Notes: generated by a model from the letters alone, not told the origin. A stretch of 64,000 bases of DNA from Octopus sinensis (GCF_006345805.1 NC_043011.1:14954464-15018463), one strand, 5' to 3'; shown: positions 1 to 13,521, counted from the first letter of the stretch. A program made the numbers and translations.

Positions 1-948
1 GATGTTAAAGACTCGTCTATAGAGTCCATCGAGTGGAGTAGAGTGGCGAGGACTAATCGAATCATATTTACACCTGTAATGTGGGACCGTCGAAGTTCAT
101 CCCGTTACAAGAGTCATATTTAAGGGTATAATATGAAGGAAATTTGACTGCTTAGAAAGTTGTAGATCACATAAGAAAAAGTATTTTGTTCACTATGTCC
201 TTGGGTGATTTCACATGTACAAACCACTTCAAGCGAACTCCGTAGGATATAATTCACTTCATCTATCTAAATTAACTGCGATACATTTACCGTTTTGTCA
301 TGAGTTGCATCCACTCTTTATTAACTTAACGCTATGCGGGCTAATAGAAACTGTTGAAGCTTTAGGCATCGTAAAAATATTCAATTTATACTACATTATC
401 TCACATTATTCATTCGACAATTTGTAGTTTACCAGTAGTGAATATCCATAACCACATACTTCTTTTGTGCATTCTTCATTTATAAAGTCCACTGTATGTT
501 TCTATGCCAGTATGTTCCATATTGTAGGCCACAATTTTGCACTTAGCTAACCTATATTTTGTATTAGGTTGTATTTTTTCCTACAAAAGATAGGCTAATA
601 CTTTCCAGTAATTTCTATAGAATATTTTTATCGTCGTCAGTTTTAGATACCGTAAAACTTTATAGGGAATGAAATAGGAAAACTTCACACAATTTGGTTC
701 CTGACGGAAATACAAACAGAAAAATATTGTATCCCTAAAGCACTGCAATAGTCACTGGGAAAAGGTACTGACAAAAAGAGAAAAAAAAAGTAATTTACAG
801 TAATTATATAAATTAGCATATTAAAAAAAAGATATGTTCTTCCACTACAATAATATTTTAGGTCTGTCCTATATTTGCTTATTTTTTTGTCCTGAGTTGT
901 TTGGATGCAATGCTGCTGAGTAAATCAATTCCTCGTAGATGTTAGTTG

Positions 949-1246
949 TTTGTTCCTTCTCGAGCCATGCCTGGCTCATAAGGGGGGTTTCCCGGTTTCT
1001 TGGCGTATAGGTTCCCCACCTGGACGGGACGCCGGTCCGTCGCAGGTGAGCTGCAAGATGCAGGAGGAAAAGGTGAGAGAAAGTTGTGGCGAAAGAGTCA
1101 GCAGAAGTTTCGCCATTACCTTCTGCCGGAGCCGCGTGGAGCTTAGGTGTTTCGCTCATAAACAAACACATCGCCCGATCTGAGATTCGAACCCGCGATC
1201 CCTCGACCGCGAGTCCGCTGCTCTAACCACAAGGCCATGTGCCTCC
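949..1246 (-). mobile_element. tRNA-derived SINE, family 1 (GGAGGC head + shared core), tail type A
   Basis: Minus strand begins GGAGGCACATGGCCTTGTGGTTAGAGCAGCGG (A box) and GGTTCGAATC (B box). Flanked by a 12-bp TSD AGATGTTAGTTG at 937-948 and 1247-1258. Confidence 0.9.
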
Positions 1247-1319
1247 AGATGTTAGTTGATACCAACCGAAAGTCTAGGACGGCTCCTAAGGACAACACAA
1301 GCTTTTTTTTAATTCAGGC

Positions 1320-1425
1320 ACACACACACACACACATACGTACATACATACATACATACATACATACATACATACATACATACATACATACATACATACA
1401 TACATACATACATACATACATACAT
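1320..1425. repeat. (CA)n/(TACA)n microsatellite
   Basis: Directly visible tandem repeat. Confidence 0.95.
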
Positions 1426-2059
1426 GAGTGAATCAACGTTCCCTGACCAACTGAAGATTGCCAGTGTATTTCAAAAGTAATTTCGCCAAATTATAACGAC
1501 TCCATGTAATTTTACTGCTTACAACACACAAGCAAACGCGCGCGCATCTAGGATGGCTTTACTACGAGTACACAAACTAAGGTACTACATATATGCGTAG
1601 ATTTGTATGTGTCTGTATGTATGTATCTATCTATATGCACACATACACACAAAACAAAACAACACATATATTCATATACATACAGATGTAAACGTTTACA
1701 TATAAGAAGAGACAGATCGAAGAATGGGAATATAAAAAGGAATATACATAGAAAGACAGACAGACAGAGTGATGTCAAATCCTCTCATGTGAGTGTCCTT
1801 ATGAAGTCATAAGGTCTTGGCGTGTTAACAGGTGTAACTGGTATATGTGCAGTACTGTCATATGTTGTGGTAATTAAATTCGGTTTTAGAGCTCGAGCAG
1901 AGAAAATATATAGTAATATGCTGGGAAGGATAGGAGGAGAATTTGTAGAGTGAGTGTTATGGATAAATAGCGAATGATAAGGTTATCCAATCAACCGGAT
2001 GTGGTCAGTTCTTATCCCATCAAGCTAGGCACGTACTACCTTTTCTTTATGTCATATTC

Positions 2060-2230
2060 TTGATATATCAGCGATAGCGAATGAGAGGGAAATGGAAAGA
2101 AGTACATCATCCAATGTATCCTCTTTTAAGATATGCTCTGAAGAATAATTGTCACCTATTTCTAGCAAGTCGAGAGACCACGTAGTAGCACATCTCACTG
2201 GCCCAATTGTATTCCAGTTTATTCTGACAA
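2060..2230 (-). repeat. Dispersed short repeat carrying the GCTAGAAATAG motif
   Basis: Related segments occur at ~4850-4910, ~21640-21790, ~24560-24680, ~30085-30290 and ~30530-30710. Class undetermined. Confidence 0.55.
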
Positions 2231-2553
2231 TATGAGGTGTGAAGATAATTTTACATCTTACTCTGTATGCAGCTCCTGACGGGGTGTTTCGTTCCAAAAG
2301 CATAAATAAATAACACAAAACAGCCATTATGTTCTCTTATAACAAACAGTTATAGGACTGTTTGTCAATAACTTACACGTCTAAAGTATTATTTCCAGGA
2401 ACACTCTAATCACCGTTAATTTTCCTTTTCTCATTTATCACCGCTCTTTTCCCTAATCACAGACAAAGGCGGATTCTAATACCACACAATAGGTTGTATT
2501 ATTGTGGTATTTGTAAAGATAAACTTGATATCAGTATAGACCGATATATCTAA

Positions 2554-2725
2554 GCCGGGCGAAATGCTTAGTGGTATTTCATCTGTCTTTACGTTCTGAA
2601 TTTAAATTACGCCTTTCATCCTTTCGGGGTCGATAAATTAAGTACCAGTTGAGTACTGGGGTCGATCTAATCGACTGGCCCCATTCCCTAAAAATTTCAG
2701 GCCTTGTCTTTAGAGTAGAAAAAAA
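2554..2725 (+). mobile_element. SINE family 2 (GGCGAGCTGGCAGAA...CTTTCGGGGTCGATAAATTAAGTACCAG)
   Basis: Matches the core shared by about 20 copies in the window. 5'-truncated. Confidence 0.85.
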
Positions 2726-3005
2726 TCGTTACTGCACTGGAAATAATGCTTATAACATTTCGTCCATGTCAACGTTCTGAGTTCAAATTCCGCCCAAAGT
2801 CAACTTTGCCTGTTATGTTTATCTATCTAACGCCTCATTGACTTTTTAAAATAGCATTTGAAATGGAAGGTGAGGGTTTTAAAATAGCATTTGAAATGTA
2901 AGGTGATGCGCTGCTCCGCCACCCCGAATAAGTTTGTTGAAAAATAAGTGAGTATGACGAGGATTGCCCGAATGGGTGGGATGACGTCTGTAGTCTGAAA
3001 ATTAT

Positions 3006-3038
<33 letters not shown>

Positions 3039-3319
3039 CGCGAGAGAGAAAGAGGGGGAGGAGGGAGCATTTGCCATTGTACTCCCGATGAGCAGGCTGG
3101 TTGAGAGCTGTGAGGGGTTCCTTAGTTGCCTTGGGTGGCGTTCCCCCCAACCACCTGAGATTTTGCTTGTTAAGAATATTCTTGCAAATTGTTAGTTTTA
3201 ATTGTTTGCACGTTTCTATGTAGATCCCCATTGGCCTTTGTCTTTGTATTGTCCTAAATGATATTGCGGCTCTTTTGGCCACAAATGAAAGGATTATTTC
3301 AGTTTCTTACTAACGGTGA

Positions 3320-4260
3320 GTATTAAACCTAAATGGATAAATATTCAGAACGAAAGAAAAAAAGACCAGGGAAGAGATTCTACGCGTTTTTATGTTTGCT
3401 GATGATTGCGCTTTGATTTCTCATACGTTTGAAAGAATTCAGGAAATAGTCGATTGGTTTGCTGTGGCAGCTCTTGCGTTTGAGCTGACATTAAGAAGAC
3501 CGAAGTTTTATTCCAACCAAAGTCTGAGATAGAACATACTCAAGATTAGGATTGACAATGAACTACTCAAATGGGTCAGGTCATTTGAATATCTTGAAAG
3601 TGCAGTAAACCTTTGATGATGAAATCAAAATTTAGAGTAACAATTACTTTTGGAAAACTTTCCCATCGTTTGTGGGACGAACCTGGAGTCAGTTTGAAAA
3701 CTAAAATAAGTGTATACGAATCTTGTATCTTGGGTATACTTTTGTATGGGGCAGAAGTATGGACTTTCTACTATAGATGTATAAAGAAACTTGAAACATT
3801 TTACATGCATTGTCAGCGCAATATCTACAACTTAAAATGGCATGATATGATATCAAGTGCCAAAATTTTAGTAAAATGTGATATTTCCTGTATCGAAAGC
3901 ATGCTGTTGAAAACTCAGTGCGGATGGGCAGGCCATGTTTTTCGAATGGAAGACGATCGCATTTCGAAAATCCTTTTGTATGGCTATCATGTAGAATTAT
4001 TTCGCGGCAAAGGAAGACCTTCCTGCTCAGATATATTGGTTAAGTTGAAACAATCATTAAAATCCGTAGAGCTTAATTTAAACTTTGTGAAAGTCATTAT
4101 CTAGGTCGATCTAAGTTAGCAAAATGTGTCATTATGCATCTAAACAATTTGAGTTGCAGAAACATAACAGTAAAAGAATTTATGTAATCAACAGAGACAT
4201 TTGTCCAATCCCTGACAAAACCATCATGGTTCGCATTGGGACTTCATAACGATATCCATA
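3320..4260 (+). mobile_element. Degenerate RTE-clade LINE (3' part of RT ORF)
   Basis: FADDCAL RT motif at ~3395-3415. ORF 3613-4104 has the RTE-type C-terminus (TFGKL..RLW..VSLKTKISVY..LLYGAEVW..WAGHVFRMEDDR). Frameshifts and stops present. Confidence 0.85.
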
Positions 4261-4405
4261 CTTGGACTCAAATTAAATTCATGCATCACAAATACAATAG
4301 ATGCGACATATTTTTTTAAATCCTTTATTTTATTTATTTAAAAAAAATTTGAATCCTGTCCTTCAAAGACTTACACGCCGAAATCAACAGGATCACGATC
4401 AAAAT

Positions 4406-4620
4406 TAGCTGATAGAATCGTTAGCACATTAGATAAAAATGCTTAGCAGCATTTCGTCCGTCCTTACGTACTGAGTTCGAATTCCGCCGAGGTCGACATT
4501 GCTTTTCATCCTTTCGGGGTTGACAAAATAAGTACCAGTTAAACACTGAGATCGATGTCAACGACTAAACCCCCTTCCTCTTAAATTACTGGCCTTGTGT
4601 CAAAATTTGATATCATTATT
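4406..4620 (+). mobile_element. SINE family 2
   Basis: Full-length match to the family core. Confidence 0.85.
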
Positions 4621-4633
4621 ATTATTAATAATC

Positions 4634-4634
<1 letters not shown>

Positions 4635-4699
<65 letters not shown>

Positions 4700-4790
4700 G
4701 TCTGTCTGTCTGTCTGTCTGTATGTCTGTCTATCTTTCTATCTATCTGTCTGTCTGTCTATCTTTCTATCTGTCTATCTACCTATCTATC
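4635..4790. repeat. (TCTA)n/(TCTG)n microsatellite
   Basis: Directly visible. Confidence 0.95.
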
Positions 4791-5643
4791 TATACTTGTT
4801 TCTATTATCTTGTGAATTCTTACACTTTTTTTACATAGTTGAAGAATAGTGTGATGGAGATTTAGCTGCTATTTCTAACAGGTACAGCGATCACATATAG
4901 ATGCTTCTCTGTTGGTTTAAAATGTGGAGTTTATTTTATGATGTGGCAAGTATCAACGATGAAATCCTTTTCGAAAAAAAACTAGATTGCTTTTTCTTTT
5001 TTTTTTGCATCCATAAGATATGCAATTAAAAGAAACATTCCAACAAAAGTTTTGAGATATTTCTGCCTGTGAACTGGGAATTTTTCTCAAGAGAACACAG
5101 ATTTCTAACTTCTCCTGTTAAGATTTTGCTTAATTTAGTTTCGTTTCACGGCTTCTAAAATAAGATCTAAGTTCTGATGGGAGAGTGAGAGAAAGAAAAA
5201 CGACTGTCTGGAGAAATTAGTGAATTTATTTCACGCGCAAAGAGGCTGAGTAAACATCTAAAATAAACGTAGAGCAGGATCTGACAGTTGTTTGGAAGTT
5301 AGAGACAATGAAATTAGCCAATTATATAAGAAAATGAGTAGCACGCGAATTATAAAGAGCATCCGTAGGCAAACAGAAGGAATTTAACATTTGCCTATAT
5401 TTATTTTTGCCTGGTTTGGATAAAAGGAATTGTTATAACTGTAATCCAGTGTTACTGAAAGAATAAATAAAGCAAAGAGGAAAATATATGTAATGATTTA
5501 GAAAAAATTAGTTTGGAAACCAGTTCTTCCCTCATTTTAGAAAATAAACAGAAATAACTGTGATATACGAGGTTTTTCGATTATTAACGTAGATAAAAAT
5601 GACAGATAGGATTAAAAAAAAAAACCCTAAAATTTGGACACTG

Positions 5644-6068
5644 GGATCTTTTCGGTTTGAACGGCTGTTTTTAACATAATTTCTAGGTAACTAAAATTTT
5701 TTAAACTTCGTATACTGGTAGAATGTGTTTATAAAACATCTTTTTCTCTATGCTTTATTGAGAAAATTCTATAGTTTGTAAGATATTTGTTGTTTTTTTC
5801 TTCAATTTCTGCAATTTCAACCAATCAATGACATCTATTGAGGTAAAAAAAAACATTCTGTGCCGTATGAATATGTCCCTCGTTTAAGAAACAGATTTGG
5901 TTTATTTACGTTTGTGAAGAAAAAAATATACCCTTCCCCCCACCCCTAACCCTAACCCTAACCCTAACTAACCCTAAAATAGATTGAAATGCAATAGATC
6001 GATACTAGGGTCATAATTGTGGGTGACAATTTCATATGACACCGCTAGAAAAAACTGCCCTTCAAACC
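5644..6068. mobile_element. Telomere-repeat-bearing MITE, copy 1 (orientation A, right TIR truncated)
   Basis: Left TIR GGATCTTTTCGGTTTGAACGG. Internal (CCCTAA)n tract at ~5944-5977. Right end stops at TTCAAACC. Confidence 0.9.
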
Positions 6069-6299
6069 CTGACGTTATATGGTAAAAAGTGAAGATAATC
6101 TTTATTCATAGTTAATGCATGTGAGACTACGATTGGAAATAAAATAACATCAGTTCAAGGTTTAATATAAACTGTAGTCGAATGAAAAATCTTTGTTACC
6201 GTCTTTTAGCCTTAGGTTGAACTTAGCGGAGCAGACATACTCAGGAGCAGATATACTCAGGAGCGTGTCCACTCCGATCGTGATTATCCCATCGTTTTA

Positions 6300-7450
6300 G
6301 AAGTATGTCTAATTGGCTGTGTAACCTTTTATCGATGTCTTGTTAAAGCTATAGTCTAATGTTTTAGTGATCTCGTCTCATGAGGAGAACCCCACATCAT
6401 GTAATCAGCAGAACTTTTAATTATTTACTCTTTGAATCCGTATCTACTTTTCAGTTAAAAGAACTAATTCTGCAACAGTCTCTAGGGTGCCATTCAAGAG
6501 TGACGGATAATGGGAACGGTAAAGTATTGGACATGTCATAATTTAATTATGTTGAAATTAAACTCTGGATTGTCTTGATATCTCTGGAGTCAATATAAAA
6601 AAAATTGCATCTGTAATATGCAAGGTTTCGATTCAATCTATTTTACATCTGACCAATATCGTCATCGTCTAGTATCAATGTAGGAAGTAACATCGTTGAA
6701 GCCCAAAGGCAAATACTGTAGCGTAAGAGATAAGCTCTCAGCAAGCAGCCGAAACTACGAAGTGATTTCAGTCGCAAAGAAATCTCACTTAACTGCCAAT
6801 GCCCGTAGGACAGGTGTGGATATCACAAAATCCCATTTCTTTGCGCCGAGGCAATATAAATTAATATTGTAATCATACGTAAGAAAAAATAAAAACAAGA
6901 TCTTGAAAACTTCGAGTGAAATAGTGTTTCGTGTGTGCGTGCGCGTCTGTATGAGCGTGTTGTGTGTTGTGATGTTTGTGTGTGTGTGTGTGTGTGTGTG
7001 TGAATCATATAACCTCAGAAAGTAATCATCGGAGAATATACCACTCAAATCAGAGTGTAGAAATAGCAAACTGGAGTTAACAGTTCCGTGAACTGCCTTT
7101 CTATCAGTATAAAATATGAATTCTATTTCAATTGTCTTCTCACAAAGAGCATTCTGATTCGATCTTTCAGACACATAAATCTATATACAATCTAGTTTAT
7201 CATGTATGTGTCTCAAGGGTTTTCAAAGCTTTCGTAGTGTGCAAACTATTTCAAATATATCTTTTCTAAGAATATATTCCGAAGGGAACATTTTGGGATT
7301 TCTGTAATATCCTCTCCATTCGGTTCTATATTTGCTCCGTTTCCTTTCGATACCACGAAAGAGCGTCCAAGCAATCACTCTGCCTGCAAAAATAGACTGT
7401 TGCTCAACGTAATTCTGGATACCATAGGCAGTTCACAAATTATATAATAA
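6300..7450 (-). mobile_element. Highly decayed transposase-like fossil, possibly piggyBac
   Basis: Broken minus-strand frames (TLFRGIERKRSKYRTEW..NSLH; SERSNQNALCEKTIEIE) resemble by eye the piggyBac block LMGI.KKPS..DYW..LHF..ERF..Y.P...SIDE. Not aligned. Confidence 0.35.
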
Positions 7451-7530
7451 CATATTTCGATTTTGGACCTACCTAAATTGCTTTATAAAACCTTGAGTAA
7501 CATGAATGAGGTGCAGTGTTGTACAACTGT

Positions 7531-7700
7531 TAAAAATATTGATTTCAAGTTTTGGCACAAGGCCAGCAATTTCGGTGGAGGAGTAAGTTAATCACATTGA
7601 TCCTAGTGTTCAACTAGTACTTATTTTATCGATCTCGAAATGATGAAATGCTAAGTCAACCTCGATAGGATTTGAACTCAGAACGTGGAGACGGACGAAC
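7531..7700 (-). mobile_element. SINE family 2
   Basis: Reverse complement of the family core. Confidence 0.8.
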
Positions 7701-7724
7701 AGCTGTTGAAAATATTGGTATCAT

Positions 7725-7980
7725 ATTCTTTTCTTCTTTTACTTGTTTCAGTCATTTGACTGCAGCTAAGCAGGAGCACCATCTTAAAGGGTTTTCGTCG
7801 AAGAAATTGACCCCAGGACTTATTCTTTGAAAGCATAGTACTTATTCTATCTGTCATATTTGCCGAACTGCTATGTTACGGGGATGCTAACACGCCAACA
7901 CCACTTTCCCAGGGTGCCACGCCGTAGGACTGAACCCGGAACCATGTGGTTGGGAAGCAAGCTTCTTACCACACAGCCAC
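7725..7980 (-). mobile_element. tRNA-derived SINE, family 3 (GTGGCTGTGTGGTAAGAAGCTTGCTTCCCAACCAC head)
   Basis: tRNA-like head with GGTTCAGTCC B box on the minus strand. Homologous to 39655-40057 but internally deleted. Confidence 0.85.
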
Positions 7981-9494
7981 CTTATAACATTTTATTTTTT
8001 ATAAAACAAATTGATATATAATAAAAATTATAAAACTTTATTACATTATTGTGCTTTTTTAAATATAAAAATTGGCGGGGGTAAACATAGCCGGCTAATG
8101 ACATAATTACTAATATTGGTAATTGTTGTTGTGTAGGAGTGCTTTTTTTATAGAGGGAATTTTGCAGTATGCTAAAAACGGGGATCGTCACGGGCGAAAT
8201 ACTTTTATGGAACTTATCTGGGTCTAAACAGCAAAACCCCTTTCTCCCTCACTCTCTTTCTCGTTCACACATATCGCTACACCAATATAGAGTTACAGTC
8301 AAGGGAGCTACTCCACCTACTTTCATAACGAGAGATCTATTAAACTGTAAGATTGAAAGAGAAAATATTTTAGAAGTAATCATCTAGAGGGGTGGCTTCA
8401 TCTCCCTTCTCGTCTAGGCTTTTAGTCAAGCAGTTCCTATCAAAGAGTTACGTTTGTGTCATCTAATATTCATTGAGTGACGTATCATTCTTTGTTCGTA
8501 CTTGTGAAAGATAACTCTTAAAGAATAACGTATCTCATAACGGCAACTTTTTGATCTTGAATCAAATATTTCGCTCTGATATTATTCAATAGCGATATTT
8601 TACTGATTAATTTTTAAACTTTCTCCAACCTCGTAATTCTTGCTCTCCGGTCTTATTTTATTAGGAGAATCAGCATTCTGATATTAGCAACGGATAAGAA
8701 GCACGAAATTTTGGAGTTAATTATTCCTATGACCATTAGTCTGATTATTTACAATCGTATAACCACTGGAGCCAATAGATTAGCACTAGGTGTTATCAAG
8801 AGAGGCATGACATTTTTTTATATAACAATTTCAAATCATTATATTCTCCTTTACTAGTTATTCATGAGATGACCAGCGCTATAACCTTGTCATGTTATAC
8901 AGGTGATCTTTGATATTAAATTTATGATTTGTCTATTAAAAACATCAAACCATTTTTGCTAGATACATTTCCATAATACAATCAATAATCCTACACTAAA
9001 ATATGTGACTAACTTGTGCTTATTTCACATACCTCTTCTGTAAAAGTAACATAATCTTGTTAATATATTCCCCTGCTGAAAACGAGCAAGATTTAATAGC
9101 GCTGTATGCAGAAATCAAGACTTCACAGAGTTTCTCTTTCAAGCTGAAATTTCCATATCTAAATAGATTCAGATAACTTGATGCTAACTTCGCAAATGTG
9201 AAAATATGTATCAAAAATCCAAAAGCAAAAAATATATCACTCTCATTCGATGAGGTTCATATATTTTCACGGATACTTTATGAAAGGAAATAACTATCGG
9301 GCTGAGAATGAAGCTCCTGAAATCATAAAAATGCACTTTGAGAAACTATCTTGTTAGAAGTTTCAAGAGATCAACGTCCCATGTTAGATTTGTAACCTCT
9401 AAATGAAGTTTCGACTGTTACAGAAATAAAACCACGTTAAAATTTGACCGAGAGTCGCAAGCAGGGAGCCAAAGAGAAGACTGCTGACAGAGAA

Positions 9495-9554
9495 GTGAAG
9501 AGGTTGGCTATGAACAATATGCCATTGCACACTGTTCATAGCCAACCCCTTGAC
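9495..9554. other. Compact hairpin (25-bp core stem, 4-nt loop)
   Basis: 9498-9522 pairs with 9527-9551. All three mismatches in the core stem are A:C on + and therefore G.U on -. Confidence 0.8.
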
Positions 9555-10504
9555 CTGTATGGCACTCATGTACCATTCTTCATTAGCTAAAAACGCAGAA
9601 ATCAAAACGTTTTCCGATGTGTTATGTGGTATATGACAAACTCTTCCAACATGGTTTGTTCTTGAATATACTACATAAGATATTCTTCAGTGGTGACTTT
9701 ATAAGCAAATCAGTTGAAGAAACTGTCTGAATGAAAATGGTAAATACAGACAAAAATTGGTTAAAAGCTCTTGTGTGTTAATGAGATGTAGTGATGCGCC
9801 AAACACTGTTCAAATTTAAGACGGCGTTCCGAATACAGACTGTAAAATATTAGGAATCAACTTCAATTTTGATCAACCATGAGCTTTTATCGCACACAGA
9901 ATGATACAAAGTAGAACAATGCCGCATCTTTGTTTTAAATTTATTTCATTGGTTACACTGAACGGTTTCTCTTAATATTGGTAGTATAATTACACATTTT
10001 AGTGAATAAATTATAATAGAAATAGATACAAGAACTACTTGTTGCGTATAAGAAATGTTATCTAAACAGAAATAGGCATTTAAAACAAATCGTGTTCAGC
10101 TTGTGTGTTATATTAAAGAACCATGTTGAGAAACATGTCATTATCCTAATTACATTTCCATATATATATCTGACATATTACTAGTGTGAGAAAGATGGAA
10201 GGTTTTTGCTTTCTTCCTTTTTCACTTCTATTTTTCCTTTATTCAATCGTCCTCAAGTGCCACAATTTCATCGCGTTAAGATTGCACTTACAAGCTTTTA
10301 CTGAAACTCAGATATTCGCTGGAAGCGTATATTCAACGTGTGCTACTAAGATACTTTCTACATTTACATTTCCCGTTTTCTGCATTATCTATAGACAAAA
10401 GTATACTTGCATTTATACGAGCCATTTTACTTCATAAAATGATGTTAAAGTTTATTTAATCATAACGTTCAGCACATCCTGTTTTAGTAACAATGACACA
10501 GCAC

Positions 10505-10534
10505 TAAGAAGAAGCAGACGAAGAATAAGAATAA

Positions 10535-10581
<47 letters not shown>

Positions 10582-10680
10582 AGAAGAAGAAGAAGAAGCA
10601 GAAGAAGAAGAAGCAGAAGAAGAAGAAGAAATAGTAGTAGTAGTAGTAGTAGCAGCAGCACTAGTATTAGTAGTAGTAGA
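10505..10680. repeat. (AAG)n/(TAG)n microsatellite
   Basis: Directly visible. Confidence 0.95.
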
Positions 10681-11400
10681 GATTTCTACAGCAGTTTTGA
10701 TAGATTTCATATTTTCATCACGGTGTGTGTATGTGAACATACTTATACAGTAACTGACTTTGCACACACACACACACACACTCTGAAATCTGGCATCACA
10801 TTATGCTGCGATCAAAAGTGTTTAACTACTGTATACTCCGAACCAAGTAACTATATAACATCAAGATGATATCAGATTATCGTATCATCAAAGATCATAT
10901 CGTAACATTATATAGATAGCATCAAAATACTACAGCATCATAGATTACGAATAAAAGTTACATATAATACTTGCACAGGCAGCGTAAAAGAGTGTCTTAA
11001 ACTACTATGCGCCATCAGAAAGTCAAACTAGTATGTCTCATCAAAGAGAACTTGTCAAGCTATTATATATAATTAGAATGGCAATCAGAGCCGGATCAAG
11101 GCCCAACTAATGCTCTAAGATCAGCTCAGCAAGGTGCCCACGTCGACCCTTTCGTTATCTAATTCACAAGACATTAAGACGTAAGAGCTAAGAGTGAAAT
11201 GATATATTAAAACTTAAGTGTTCACCCCTGTCCGTCCACTGACCTATATTAGATATAATCTGTTTTAATTCTATATTTAATATATTAAATACTGAAAATC
11301 AGCAAATAATATGCGCCAATTATTTACTTACATAGAAATTTCATTAGGATAATATACTTGTCATTAGGATAATATACTTGTCATAATTTACCATTTGTAA

Positions 11401-11600
11401 GACGGTGAGTTGGCAGAAACGTTAGCACGCCGGGCGAAATGCTTAGTGGTATTTCCATCCGCCGTTGCGCTCTGAGTTCAAATGCCTTTCATCCTTTCGG
11501 GGCCGATAAATTAAGTACCAGTTACGCACTGGGGTCGATGTTATTGACTAGCCCTCTCCCCCTAAATTTCAGGCTTTGTGCCTCAAGTGGATAGGATTAT
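11401..11600 (+). mobile_element. SINE family 2
   Basis: Full-length match to the family core. Confidence 0.85.
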
Positions 11601-11961
11601 TTACCATTTGTCCAGCACTGGAAGAAAGCTCTGTGATGCCCCCCTTCCTTGATGCTCTAATCTCGTGCCTATATTGGTTAATAGAACCCTAATGACATAT
11701 ACTACAAGAATGTGAAACTAGTGTTATCAGAATGGCAACTTCAAACTACTAAAATGTCAAACTACTACACTTAATTAGATACACGGTGTCAAACCAGTAT
11801 ATAACATTAAAAAAAGAGAACATCTCAAACTGCTATACATCATCAGTATGAAGCTTGTGGAAGAGGAAGAAAGAGAGATAGAGAGAAAGAGAGAGGGGGC
11901 ATATCACACACGACTGAAATTATATTATGGTAATATTATCCAAGTCTATGACTTCGAGGGC

Positions 11962-12548
11962 AAAATGCTTGGCAGCATTTCGTCCGTCTTTACATTCTGA
12001 GTTCAAATACCGCCAAGGTCGACTTATCCTTTTGGGGTCGATAAAATAAGGAGCAGTGAACACTGTGGTAAATGTAATCGACTTACCCAATCCGGATCTT
12101 TTCGGTTTGAACGGCAGTTTTTAACATAATTTCTAGGTAACTAAAAAAAATTTTAACTTCGTATACTGGTAGAATGTGTTTATAAAACATCTTTTTCTCT
12201 TGGCTTTATTGAGAAAATTCTATAGTTTGTAAGATATTTGTTGCTTTTTTTCTTCAATTTCTGCAATTTCAACCAATCACTGACGTCTATTGAGGTAAAA
12301 AACATTCTGTATGAATATGTCCCTCGTTTAAGAAACAGATTGGGTTTATTTACATTACTGAAGAAAAAAAGATACCCTTCCCCCACCCCTAACCCTAAAA
12401 GAGATTGAATTGCAACAGCTCGATACTAGGGTCATAATTATGGGTGACAATTTCATATGACACCGCTAGAAAAAACTGCCGTCCAAACCGAAAAGATCCC
12501 CCAATCCCCTTAAATTGCTGGCTTTGTGCCACAATTTGAAATCGTTAT
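11962..12548 (+). mobile_element. SINE family 2 interrupted by MITE copy 2
   Basis: The SINE sequence resumes after the MITE and its TSD. Confidence 0.8.
12094..12499. mobile_element. Telomere-repeat-bearing MITE, copy 2 (orientation A)
   Basis: GGATC...GATCC termini. 8-bp TSD CCCAATCC at 12086-12093 and 12500-12507. Confidence 0.95.
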
Positions 12549-12635
12549 TATCTATAGCTTACTGTGCAGTAATGTTATCTTTGAAGTTTAAATTAATTCA
12601 TGTCTCCTGGATTCCTCATTATACAGGTGAAGGAA

Positions 12636-12850
12636 AGGTGGTGAGCTGGCAGAATCGTTAGGACCCCGGGCCAAATGCTTAGCAGCATTTCGTTCGTCTT
12701 TGCGTGCAGAGTTCAAATCCCGCCAAAGTCGACTTTGCCTTTCATCCTTTCGGGGTCGATGAATTAAGTACCAGTTGCGTACTGGAGTCGATCTAATCGA
12801 CTGACCCCCTCCTCCAAAATTTCTGGCCTTGTGCTTAGAGCAGAAAAATA
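12636..12850 (+). mobile_element. SINE family 2
   Basis: Full-length match to the family core. Confidence 0.85.
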
Positions 12851-13198
12851 TATAGAAGTTGTTTTTACTGATAATTTTAAATGGGATCTTCAAAAAGGTC
12901 TTTTTATGTTGTCTGTCCACGGGATAAGCATTTTATTTTCTTGCAAAGCTGACAGGTAGGTAAGTCAGCCAGGAAACGAACCAGCATGAGGGATTTTGTC
13001 AAACTATGTCAATTGTTTCCATTCGTGTTGTGTGTGTGTGTGTGAAAGTGTGTGTGTGTGTGCGTGTGTGAGTGTGTATCTTTTGTTTGCTAGCTGGATA
13101 ATAAAAGCAATACAAAGGGAAGCTAGCAATACAGTTGTGCTTCAAATGTCCACTGACAGAAGTGTAATGCAAGTACACCTGTCCACTGACATGCTTAC

Positions 13199-13450
13199 CT
13201 GGCAGCGGTCACGAAATTCAAATATTTGAAAGGCTTCGGATAATTAATTTTCCCTGCCTGTTACTATAGATACTCTTCTTTTGACAAACCCTTCACCTTT
13301 AACTGTTGTTTGATTCCCTAAACAACCTAGTTTACCTAAACAATTCGTGAAATTTATTTATTGGGAGTTCAACTTTGGGTCACCAACTGCAGTTTTTTTT
13401 TATTCAAATATATATTTTCCCGCCCAAAACACAACAGACTATAAAGTAAA
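13199..13450 (-). other. Candidate non-coding first exon (5' boundary uncertain)
   Basis: Strong donor CCAG|GTAAGC with the intron starting at 13198. Unique sequence without a long open frame, downstream of an X-box. Confidence 0.3.
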
Positions 13451-13521
13451 TGAAAGAAAGCTTGCAATTGTTACAGGTAAATACATTAATACATTCCAGC
13501 TGTGTATGAAATATATAGATT

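Noticed and set aside
5944-5977. Chromosome end or telomere-healing site
   Set aside because: The (CCCTAA)n tracts are short and always sit at the same position inside the MITE.
11340-11384. Short tandem duplications (20 bp here, 33 bp at ~2855-2905, 16 bp at ~6230-6265)
   Set aside because: Two-unit slippage products with no spacer structure. Not CRISPR-like.
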